A DNA stretch of 19,105 nucleotides from an uncultured archaeon (GTDB lineage Archaea; Asgardarchaeota; Lokiarchaeia; Sigyniarchaeales; Promethearchaeaceae). Where the stretch lies: assembly GCA_964426185.1 (NCBI GenBank), contig CAYRPF010000035.1, forward strand, positions 12,570-31,674. Direction: 5' to 3'. Each line of letters begins with the position of its first letter. Within the stretch, counting starts at the first letter, position 1. The notes under the pieces are model-generated. The model saw only the letters and a program-made list of their open reading frames with translations, did no database searches and was not told where the DNA came from. Below, piece after piece: positions 1 through 8,113 of the stretch. Both the position numbers and the translations under genes were made by a program.

Positions 1-410
1 TCGCATGAATATTTGCCCCATTCTCAATCAAAAATTTCACAATATCTAAATTTCCGGTTTGAACACTTTTACGAAAAGCCTCATCGTTTTTCGCATGAAT
101 ATTTGCCCCATTCTCAATCAAAAATTTCACAATATCTAAATTTCCAAATTCTGCACTTTTTCTTATTGCAAAGTCTTTATCTAAACGAATATCCACTCCA
201 TTTTCAATTAAAAGTTTCACAATATCTAAATTTCCTGTTTGAACACTTTTACGAAAAGCTTCATCATTTTTCGCATGAATATCAGCGCCATTCTCAATTA
301 AAAGTTTCACAATAGCAAAATTTCCATGTTGAACACTTTTACGAAAAATCTCATCTTTTTTAGCATGAATATCAGCCCCATTTTCAATCAAAAATTGAGC
401 CATATCATTA
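1..410. repeat. 90-bp coding tandem repeat (near-identical C-terminal ankyrin units)
   Basis: Positions 1-55 are identical to 91-145. Positions 35-102 and 215-282 differ at only 3 sites. The 90-bp period continues through 271-410. Confidence 0.9.
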
Positions 411-1291
411 TGTCCGTTTTTTTCGCACCAATTAAGAATCAAACTTGCTTTTTCAGGTTTAGATTTAGCAAAATATTTAAGTATAGCCAAATTTCGATTT
501 TCTACAATTTCCTTTAGGAGCTTTTTATCTTTAACATTAATATCATCACCATATTTGGATATGTATTTGAGAATCCCCCAGTTTTCATTTTCTATGTACT
601 TTCGAAGAGTTAAAGTACTAATACCTTCAATTTTTGCCCCATGCATTATCAAGTATTCGGATAATTTCCGATTTTGCATTTCTATACTCTTTTTCAATGC
701 ATAATCATTATCAACATGTGTGTCTGCACCAGATTCTAATAAAAATCGAGCAAAGTTCCAATTATTTTGTTGAATACTCCTTCTAAGAAGATATTCATTT
801 TTTGCATGAATATTTGCCCCCTTTTCAATTAAATAATTCACTATTTCCCAATGATTTAAGGCAAAACTCCATCTAATGGCATAATCATCATCGGCATGAA
901 TATCTGCACCATTTTCGATCAAATATTTGATAACTTCCAGGTGATTTCTCTTGGCGCTCACTCTAAGGGCATAATCATTGTCTGCATGTATATTAGCGCC
1001 ATGATCGACTAAAAATTTGACATATTCTAAATTCCCTTTTACTGCATACTCCCGAAAGACTAAATCGTCATCTAAGTGGATTGCAGCCCCATGTTTTATC
1101 AAAAATTTTATCATTTCCCAATTATTTCTGCGAATACTTTCTCGTAGTGCATAATCATTGTCTAAATGGACATCAGCACCTTTGTTGATAAAATTTTTAA
1201 CAATTTCCCACTTTCCCCATTTAATACTTTCTCGGAAAGCAAAATTATCTTGAAAATCAAAGGTTGCTTCATTTATGATCAAATTTTTCAT
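1..1291 (-). CDS. Ankyrin-repeat protein with about 14 visible 30-aa repeats; 3' end lies beyond the window edge (partial)
   Basis: Manual translation from ATG at 1291 is open to position 1: MKNLIINEATFDFQDNFAFRESIKWGKWEIVKNFINKGADVHLDNDYALRESIRRNNWEMIKFLIKHGAAIH...NDEAFRKSVQTGNLDIVKFLIENGANIHA. It contains repeated G/NxLxIVKxLIENGADIHA ankyrin helix-2/loop motifs. GAGG lies just upstream of the ATG. Not in the supplied ORF track. Confidence 0.93.
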   Translation of the reverse strand, partial: MKNLIINEATFDFQDNFAFRESIKWGKWEIVKNFINKGADVHLDNDYALRESIRRNNWEMIKFLIKHGAAIHLDDDLVFREYAVKGNLEYVKFLVDHGANIHADNDYALRVSAKRNHLEVIKYLIENGADIHADDDYAIRWSFALNHWEIVNYLIEKGANIHAKNEYLLRRSIQQNNWNFARFLLESGADTHVDNDYALKKSIEMQNRKLSEYLIMHGAKIEGISTLTLRKYIENENWGILKYISKYGDDINVKDKKLLKEIVENRNLAILKYFAKSKPEKASLILNWCEKNGHNDMAQFLIENGADIHAKKDEIFRKSVQHGNFAIVKLLIENGADIHAKNDEAFRKSVQTGNLDIVKLLIENGVDIRLDKDFAIRKSAEFGNLDIVKFLIENGANIHAKNDEAFRKSVQTGNLDIVKFLIENGANIHA

Positions 1292-1329
1292 AGCCTCGAT
1301 CTTTGTTATAACTTACAATCATTGCTATG

Positions 1330-1337
1330 TATTTAAA
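1330..1337 (-). promoter_or_regulatory. Putative TATA box of the ankyrin gene
   Basis: TTTAAATA on the minus strand about 40 bp upstream of the ATG at 1291. The AT-rich background lowers certainty. Confidence 0.35.
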
Positions 1338-1388
1338 AAGATCACACTTTCATAAAAATAGATAAAAAAATTTGAGAAATTAAAAAAT

Positions 1389-2276
1389 TCAGAGTATTGC
1401 AGGAAATTCTTCAACTTTTTCAACTTTTACCTTATTTGGATAAATTTCTCCCATTTTTGGGGGCATTGAATTATAAACTCTTTCAATATCAACAATCCCT
1501 GTTTTTCTTTGAATCCCTAAGAATCTTCCTTTGATCAATTGAGTAACCATCTCAAAATCCATGGCGAACATGGCAACTTTCGAATCTTTTGGAATTGAGA
1601 GAAGATCATCTTTGAACTGCGTCAAAGGAATCCTAATTCGCTTACCTTCAACTGTACGGGCTTGAAAACAAGGAATAATAACTGGATATCCATCAGTATC
1701 AATATAACTAATGAATTTGGGAAAAATCGGTCCACTGAACAAGCGAATACCTACCGGTTCTAAACGTTCTTCATAATCTCCAGTTTTAGCTTTGAATTGA
1801 AATGGATTTAAATTTGCTAAAATACCCCTTACAATTCCAAAAAGAGAGATGTTACGGATTTTACGTGCTTGAATTATGCGATTAAAAAATGTTCGATAGA
1901 TTCGCATGTAGGTGTTATAACGAAAGAGACTTATCTGATTGAAATCTGCGGCATCTTCACCATCAGTAGAAATCGATTCGAGTTCACCTTTTACTTGAAG
2001 AAATTGGAAAGGCATCTCGGCCGTCATATATAGAAAGCCTTGTTTTGGGTTTTTTACTACATTTGATTTACTCTGTCCTGTGGTAAATTCACCCCATTTA
2101 AGTACTGATGGAGAAGTTGCTTTATTTGAAGTGATCATAGTTATATGGGGATAACCTTGCGGGTCAATTGTTGCAACAAATTTAGCCATAATTTCTATAT
2201 GAGAAAATTTTACTGCAGACTCATCCAACTCAGGAAGCCAGTGAAACTTATTAGTTGTAGATTTCATAATTTTCAT
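1389..2276 (-). CDS. Tandem-domain pyridoxamine 5'-phosphate oxidase-like (split-barrel flavin-binding) protein
   Basis: Domain 1 is KFVATIDPQGYPHITMI...GQSKSNVVKNPK, typical of PNPOx-like proteins (ATxxxxGxP...kskxNxxxNP). An internal repeat KFISYIDTDGYPVIIP marks a second, more degenerate copy. Confidence 0.75.
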   Translation of the reverse strand: MKIMKSTTNKFHWLPELDESAVKFSHIEIMAKFVATIDPQGYPHITMITSNKATSPSVLKWGEFTTGQSKSNVVKNPKQGFLYMTAEMPFQFLQVKGELESISTDGEDAADFNQISLFRYNTYMRIYRTFFNRIIQARKIRNISLFGIVRGILANLNPFQFKAKTGDYEERLEPVGIRLFSGPIFPKFISYIDTDGYPVIIPCFQARTVEGKRIRIPLTQFKDDLLSIPKDSKVAMFAMDFEMVTQLIKGRFLGIQRKTGIVDIERVYNSMPPKMGEIYPNKVKVEKVEEFPAIL

Positions 2277-2363
2277 CTTTGATTTTTATTTTTAATTTTC
2301 TTAATTTTGGCAATTCTTTTAATTCTAATTATTCTTTAAGTTGATTTAGTTGTTTTTCTATCG

Positions 2364-2388
2364 AAAAAAAATGAATCCCAGCGGAATT
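2364..2388 (-). terminator. Possible hairpin plus U8 terminator after the activase gene
   Basis: Minus-strand RNA reads AAUUCC-GCU-GGGAUU-CA-UUUUUUUU, about 30 nt after the stop at 2418. Confidence 0.4.
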
Positions 2389-2417
2389 TTTTATTCATTC
2401 AGCAATTACCTCAATTT

Positions 2418-3398
2418 CTACAGCTGGGTAGGGCCGGACCATTGAACATTTACTCCAACAATTTTTTGTGCAATTTGAACGTAATGTTCCATTTCGGCTT
2501 TAGTTAACAATGAACTGGATTTCAAAGGCCAGTTAAGATCTAATCGTTCGTACTTAGCGAGTGCCAAGTTATTAAATGACAGTAAATCCCATCTTTCAAC
2601 AGCATCTCCTAAATTTGTAGAAATAAATTGTGCAATTCCTTCAACGTTATCATCACGGGCAGTATAACCAGGAATTAAAGGAGTTCGAATCCAGAGTTTC
2701 ACTTGGACACCTGAATGAATTGAATCCGCCAACCATTTGCAATTCTTTAAAATGGTTTTATTTGAAACTCCAGTATATTCCTTATGCCGAATGGGATCAA
2801 TTTCTTTCAAATCATATAAGATTAGGTCAACATACGGAAGAATTTTTTCATAAACGGCCTGTGAAGCAAAACCAGACGTATCCAAGGCAGTATGAATCCC
2901 ATTTCTTTTGCATTCTTTCAGAAACTTTATTAAGAAATCAATCTGAAGTGTTGGTTCTCCCCCAGAACAAGTTATTCCACCGTTTGATGTCTCGAAATAA
3001 GATTTATCTTTGATTACTTCATTCACCAGAGTTTCTAAAGCGATTTTTTCTCCACTTACTTTCAATGCTGTTGTAGGACAAATTTCTGCGCATGAACCAC
3101 ATGCTAAGCATGTATCTCGATTAATTCTTAATCCAAATTTATCAAATGACAAAGAATTAGTGGGACAAACATCAATACACTGCTCACATCCAATGCATTT
3201 ATTATCAAACCACTGAATAGCCTTTCGGTATTCGATGGATTCTGGGTTATGGCACCACACGCATTTAAGTGGACATTGTTTGAAAAAAATGGTAGTTCGA
3301 ATACCTGGCCCATCTTCAGTGCTAAGCCTTTGAATTTCAAAGATATATCCTTCTTCATCTGAACTTTCTGCTTTTTGCTCCATTACCATAGTATTCAT
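2418..3398 (-). CDS. Glycyl-radical enzyme activating enzyme (radical SAM) with 2x[4Fe-4S] ferredoxin insert
   Basis: Motifs DGPGIRTTIFFKQCPLKCVWCHNPES (CxxxCxxC), ferredoxin motifs CIGCEQCIDVCP and CLACGSCAEICP, GGITCSGGEP, HTALDTSG, LYDLK and IRTPLIPG. It lies 30 bp downstream of a GRE gene. Confidence 0.95.
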   Translation of the reverse strand: MNTMVMEQKAESSDEEGYIFEIQRLSTEDGPGIRTTIFFKQCPLKCVWCHNPESIEYRKAIQWFDNKCIGCEQCIDVCPTNSLSFDKFGLRINRDTCLACGSCAEICPTTALKVSGEKIALETLVNEVIKDKSYFETSNGGITCSGGEPTLQIDFLIKFLKECKRNGIHTALDTSGFASQAVYEKILPYVDLILYDLKEIDPIRHKEYTGVSNKTILKNCKWLADSIHSGVQVKLWIRTPLIPGYTARDDNVEGIAQFISTNLGDAVERWDLLSFNNLALAKYERLDLNWPLKSSSLLTKAEMEHYVQIAQKIVGVNVQWSGPTQL

Positions 3399-3428
3399 CT
3401 TGAGTTCCTTCGCTTTTTTAGTCCTTTT

Positions 3429-5960
3429 TTACCAATTATGAGATTCACGGGCGATAATTTCATCTTGGAGTTCTTTTCCAATACTAGTGAAATAGGCATT
3501 GTAGCCAGTTACCCGTACTAATAGATTTCCATAATTTTCTGGATGTTTTTGGGCATCTTTTAGCATTAGACTATCAAGGATATTTATCTGAAGGGCCGTT
3601 CCTCCATTTTCAATATATCCTCGAAGGTAAGATTTGAATTTATCTCTATGTTCTTTATCTCGCAGTAAACTGGGATTGAAAGTGATAGTATGAGACGCTC
3701 CGTTTGGTAGAAAATTGATATAAGAACCATCATCGGATTTTCCGCCTAAAGCTTCTCCCACGGAATTTGTGACGGAAGTCGGCCCATTCTTATCTGCCCC
3801 ATTGCTTGGACATATTGCATTTGACAAAAAGGTTCCAGCATTTCTTCCATCTGGTGTTGCAGGAGTAAATGCAGCATCTTCTCCCGCCCAATAATTCCAA
3901 GATAACATACCCGGCCTAAATTGATAGCCAGTTGGGGTTTTATATTTCCAACATTCATTTGCCCAGAATTTCATCACTTCTTGAGCCAATTTATCAGATT
4001 CAAGGTCATTATTACCATATTTAGGAACTTTATTCTTCATCAATGCTTGCATTATTCGGTATTCTTTCTTTCCTTGAAAATCATTACTTAATGCTTCTTT
4101 TATTTCCGCAATGGTATATTTTTTCTGATCATAAACCAAAGATTTGATTGCCAATAGAGAATCTACTGTAGTTGCAAAGGCAACACCTTCAATTGTTACA
4201 AATCCGTATTTTGGCGGCGCTACCCTAATATCAGCAGCATTTTCTATACATCCTTCCACGATTGTAGATAAATAGGGTGTAGGATAATATTTCGCACGAG
4301 TAGCTTCAAAAATATTGTAGGTTTCAACCGTGTACTTTATAATAAATGCCATTTGCTGTTTCCATGCATTGAAAAATTCGTCCCAAGTGGCAAATTTTTC
4401 GGGATCTCCCGTTTTAGGTCCGAATTGAGTTCCTGGTTTTGCTTGTTTGAAGATATCACTTCCCATAATTCGTTTAAAACCAGGCTGATTCTTTCCATTC
4501 CACAGAGTTAATTCTATGCTTTTAGCGAGATTAGGATTGCAATTGACGGTACCCGATCTATCATTTCCACACATAGTATTTTCCAGGCATCCAACACAAG
4601 CATAATCCCAAGCATCTTCAGGAGGAACCCCCTCACGAATCATTCCCACAATAGTGCGTTCGTCGAAATTCAAGATAAAGGGCGCCCCCTGAGAGCGAGT
4701 TATCATATTTACAATCACATCCAATAAACGCTCAGGAGAATTACGATGAAGCCGAACGTTTGGCTTAGGTTCAAGAATTGGAGCCCATTCATCGAAAACT
4801 TCCAAAATCATATAGGTAAGTTCATTAGTTAGATCTTCTCCTTTAGGACCCATACCAGAGAGTGTCATTAATTGTCCAAATCCAGCAGTTATTCCTTGAT
4901 TACCCACACGCATTTGCGCATCGTAGGCAGTATTACAGTGAAATATGAAAGAACTGAAGATATCTTTAGCAAAATCTCTAGAAATTTTTTTTGTTTCTAT
5001 CACATCTCGCTTATAGAACTGCCATAAATATTGATCCAATCGTCCAAAACTCGTTCCTGGTCCAGGATATGATTCCTCGGCCATAATCAACATGTGAGTT
5101 AACCATAATGCTTGCATGGCTTCCCAGAAAGTTTGAGCTGGTTCCCAAGGAACACGACGTAAATTATCGGCCATAGTTTGAAGTTCAGCTTTTCGTTCCG
5201 AAGAAGTAGTTTTCTCTTTCAATCGTAGACATTCTTCTGCATATTTAGCAGCCAGATCACGAGGAATTTCACATGCCATCATCATGGCTCTAAGTTCTGC
5301 ACCCTTGGCTCCATTTTTTTCCTTTTCTGTGAGGCGCGAGTATCTTTGTTTGGCTTTTTCATAATAATATTTAAAACCGTGTAAAATCACTCCCTTATGA
5401 TTAGGAATGAGATGACCTCCAGTAGCACCGACATTTCCAAATCCTTCCTGATGGAAATGGAAAATTCGATGTCGATTCTTAATATTTTCCTTTTCATGCG
5501 CTTTTAATTCACGTTCATTGAGGCATTTGGATAACTGAGTGTTGAATCTTCCCCCTGCCAATAGGTCATTAGAAGATATAATTTCTTGGGGAAGATAATT
5601 TAGCATTACTTCTCGAAAGAAGATCATCCGACGCTCAGGAAGTGAAAGATCCCAGAAATTTTCCGGAAGATCTACTTGTTGTGCCATAAGATCTAATGAT
5701 AAACAGAATAATCCTTTCCCATTGACTCCAATAAAGCCATAAACTTCTGGAACGATATAGTAATCTCCCTCGCTCCAAATTCGATCATTTGAAATTCCAG
5801 TGGTAAATGGTGTATATTCATTATTCCATTTACGCTCATTGCCCATGAAATAGAATTTGCGTAACCAAGCAGCCCGTTTTGAAAGGTTATGAGGTTCTGC
5901 AACTTTAAAAAGGGGTGCTTGAAAATCCGTTTGAGGATTATCTTCGGTTATGTTACTCAT
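3429..5960 (-). CDS. Glycyl radical enzyme (PFL2/GRE family, single catalytic Cys; substrate unknown)
   Basis: C-terminal glycyl loop LLVRVTGYNAYF...LQDEIIAR, Cys loop YACVGCLEN, SFGRLDQYL, ATPDGRNAG and ALQINI. It lacks the CC pair of true pyruvate formate-lyase. Confidence 0.95.
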   Translation of the reverse strand: MSNITEDNPQTDFQAPLFKVAEPHNLSKRAAWLRKFYFMGNERKWNNEYTPFTTGISNDRIWSEGDYYIVPEVYGFIGVNGKGLFCLSLDLMAQQVDLPENFWDLSLPERRMIFFREVMLNYLPQEIISSNDLLAGGRFNTQLSKCLNERELKAHEKENIKNRHRIFHFHQEGFGNVGATGGHLIPNHKGVILHGFKYYYEKAKQRYSRLTEKEKNGAKGAELRAMMMACEIPRDLAAKYAEECLRLKEKTTSSERKAELQTMADNLRRVPWEPAQTFWEAMQALWLTHMLIMAEESYPGPGTSFGRLDQYLWQFYKRDVIETKKISRDFAKDIFSSFIFHCNTAYDAQMRVGNQGITAGFGQLMTLSGMGPKGEDLTNELTYMILEVFDEWAPILEPKPNVRLHRNSPERLLDVIVNMITRSQGAPFILNFDERTIVGMIREGVPPEDAWDYACVGCLENTMCGNDRSGTVNCNPNLAKSIELTLWNGKNQPGFKRIMGSDIFKQAKPGTQFGPKTGDPEKFATWDEFFNAWKQQMAFIIKYTVETYNIFEATRAKYYPTPYLSTIVEGCIENAADIRVAPPKYGFVTIEGVAFATTVDSLLAIKSLVYDQKKYTIAEIKEALSNDFQGKKEYRIMQALMKNKVPKYGNNDLESDKLAQEVMKFWANECWKYKTPTGYQFRPGMLSWNYWAGEDAAFTPATPDGRNAGTFLSNAICPSNGADKNGPTSVTNSVGEALGGKSDDGSYINFLPNGASHTITFNPSLLRDKEHRDKFKSYLRGYIENGGTALQINILDSLMLKDAQKHPENYGNLLVRVTGYNAYFTSIGKELQDEIIARESHNW

Positions 5961-6028
5961 GATAGTTACCTACTTCGTGTGAAGAACTAAATACGGTTTT
6001 CTTACATTTAATATTAAGTTAAACGATA

Positions 6029-6036
6029 TATTTATA
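6029..6036 (-). promoter_or_regulatory. Putative TATA box of the GRE cluster
   Basis: TATAAATA on the minus strand about 70 bp upstream of the ATG at 5960. An RBS-like AGGTA lies at 5967-5971. Confidence 0.5.
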
Positions 6037-6067
6037 GCTTTACATAAATAATGGCGTGAATTGCTGA

Positions 6068-6104
6068 GAAACCCAAGTTTCGGGCATGGAAACCCGAGTT
6101 TCCA
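6068..6104. promoter_or_regulatory. Two tandem palindromic operator-like sites GAAAC-N4-GTTTC
   Basis: GAAACCCAAGTTTC (6068-6081) and GAAACCCGAGTTTC (6089-6102; extends to TGGAAAC-CCGA-GTTTCCA). The copies are 13/14 identical, have a 21-bp period and lie upstream of the GRE TATA box. Confidence 0.6.
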
Positions 6105-6304
6105 ATTGAATAATTCACAAAATTAATTAAAAAATAAATCGAAAAATCATCCTTATCTGAACATTCAGACAATTTATTACATCTGATTGAATGATGCTTT
6201 ATTGCAATTATACAACAGAGCCACTGTTAACCCATTAATGCTCGGTATTGCTGTAGTTGATTTGTGGTAGTGTTCAAGAAGAGAGAAACAGGTGATACTT
6301 CTCC

Positions 6305-8113
6305 TTAAGCTTTGTTATGTATTTCATTTATAAACTCGTATGATTGATGCTTGAAATATGTATTATACAGCCTTGCGTAATATCCATTTTTCTGCATTAA
6401 ATCTTCATGATTTCCCTGTTCCACAATTTTTCCATGATCCAAAACCACAATTCTATCTACGTGCCTTACCGTTCGCAATCGATGAGCAATAATAATAGAA
6501 GTTCGATTTTCCATGATTTTTTCCAGTGCTTCTTGAATCCTTGTTTCTGTAAACGGATCAACTGATGCTGTTGCTTCATCTAATATTAAAATAGAAGGAT
6601 CTTGTAATAACACTCGAGCAAAAACGACTAATTGGCGCTGACCCATTGAAAGTAGTTTTCCTCTTTCTCGAATATTGGTATCTAAACCATTAGATAAATC
6701 GTTTACCCAATCACCTCCTCCAGCTTGTTCCAAAGCCCATAAAACTTCTTCACGAGTTGCATCGGGATTCCCATATTTCACATTATTCTCTAAAGTATCA
6801 CCCCACAAGAAAGGAGTTTGAGGAATTAATCCCATCCGTCTTCGATATGTTTGTAAATCTAAGAAGCGGATATCTTGACCATCTATTGTAATTGTTCCAT
6901 TTTGAAATTCGTAAAATCTCAATAAAATTCGAGCTAAACTGGATTTTCCCGCACCTGTGTGCCCAACTATTGCCACTGATTCTCCAGGCGAGATGCGAAG
7001 CGAAAAATTATCAAAAACAGGCTTTTCAGGAGTATAACTAAAACATAAGTTGTTAATGGAAACCTCTCCTCTAATTTTTTCGAGTTTCTTAGAGCCTTTT
7101 TGGATAACTTGAGGTTTGCTATCAATTAACGCGAATATTCGCTCAGCAGCAGCCATACCCGTCTGGAATTGAGGCCAAAATGCTGCGATTGAAAAAAGTG
7201 GAAAGAATAACCCCCATAAACTTTGAATAAACAGATACAAGGTGGAAACAGAAATGGATGGATTCTTTAGCACAGATTCCCCTCCATAATATAAAATTAA
7301 GGCCAACATAATCCCTTGAATCAACCCCAAGCCGGGAAAGATGAAATTCATGAAAAGAGCTCGATTTAGGTTAATTTTATAGGACTTCTTGTTGATGTCT
7401 TTAAACTCACGGTATAGAGTATTTTCTTGGCGGAAAGTCTTTGCAATTTGAATACCATTCATGGTTTCTTGCACAAATGAATGTACATTAGCCAACACCC
7501 GTTGACCTTGAAGTGTCTTCTTTCTTGCGACCTTCCGAAAAGAGAGAGTAAATAGAAAGATCAAAGGAACCATGGCTAAAAAGATAAGAGTTAATTTAGC
7601 ATCAATTATAAACATTGGAACTAGCATAATTATTACAACCAGAAATGAAGAAATGGAATCGATGAATATTTGGGCCATCTCAAAGAAATTCTGGCTGTCA
7701 GAATTAATTCTGCTTACAATTTTCCCTGTTGGATACTTGTCAAAAAACGACATGTCTTGGATCAGTACTTGGGATTCAACATCAGCCCTTAATTGATATG
7801 TTACACTGTTTAAAATTACCGCCGAAAGGCTTTTATTAATGTAGTTGAAGAGATAGGAACTTATATTCATAATTAAAGTTACAATAACTAGAGCAACGAC
7901 CATTGTGGTCGAACTTGTTGTTTCGAGCTGTTTAATGATCAAACTAGTTAAGTAAGGTAAAACACCTGCAGTGATAGAGGTCAGAACTAGAAAGATAATG
8001 ACCACAATCATTTTTTTGGTGTGTTGTCGAAAATATTTCAAAATCCTACGAAAAAGTTCTCGATCGGAGTAAGTACGGTCATACTCTTCTGCATCTAATC
8101 CTGCATATACCAT
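6305..8113 (-). CDS. ABC exporter half-transporter (TMD-NBD), subunit with consensus Walker B Glu
   Basis: N-terminal TM helices, Walker A GHTGAGKS, non-canonical signature LSMGQRQL, Walker B ILILDEAT and H-loop IAHRL. Confidence 0.95.
   Translation of the reverse strand: MVYAGLDAEEYDRTYSDRELFRRILKYFRQHTKKMIVVIIFLVLTSITAGVLPYLTSLIIKQLETTSSTTMVVALVIVTLIMNISSYLFNYINKSLSAVILNSVTYQLRADVESQVLIQDMSFFDKYPTGKIVSRINSDSQNFFEMAQIFIDSISSFLVVIIMLVPMFIIDAKLTLIFLAMVPLIFLFTLSFRKVARKKTLQGQRVLANVHSFVQETMNGIQIAKTFRQENTLYREFKDINKKSYKINLNRALFMNFIFPGLGLIQGIMLALILYYGGESVLKNPSISVSTLYLFIQSLWGLFFPLFSIAAFWPQFQTGMAAAERIFALIDSKPQVIQKGSKKLEKIRGEVSINNLCFSYTPEKPVFDNFSLRISPGESVAIVGHTGAGKSSLARILLRFYEFQNGTITIDGQDIRFLDLQTYRRRMGLIPQTPFLWGDTLENNVKYGNPDATREEVLWALEQAGGGDWVNDLSNGLDTNIRERGKLLSMGQRQLVVFARVLLQDPSILILDEATASVDPFTETRIQEALEKIMENRTSIIIAHRLRTVRHVDRIVVLDHGKIVEQGNHEDLMQKNGYYARLYNTYFKHQSYEFINEIHNKA

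Noticed and set aside
1-410. Repeats as a CRISPR array or a diversity-generating retroelement TR/VR pair
   Set aside because: The units are contiguous, in-frame and 90 bp with no unique spacers. Differences are synonymous and not adenine-specific, and no cas or reverse transcriptase gene is in the window.
13-517. Plus-strand repetitive ORFs 13..315 and 326..517
   Set aside because: They are antisense shadows of the minus-strand ankyrin gene, and their periodicity derives from the 90-bp coding repeat.
3429-5960. Annotation as pyruvate formate-lyase (pflB) or as a named GRE such as CutC, HypD or HpdB
   Set aside because: There is no adjacent CC pair. GCLE alone resembles HpdB, but no small-subunit gene is present and other active-site segments could not be matched to a characterised enzyme by eye.
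6068-6110. GAAAC/GTTTC sequences as CRISPR repeat ends or Orc1 ORB origin boxes
   Set aside because: There are only two copies separated by 7 bp, no spacer-length gaps, no TTCCAGTGGAA core or G-string, and no cdc6/orc1 gene nearby.
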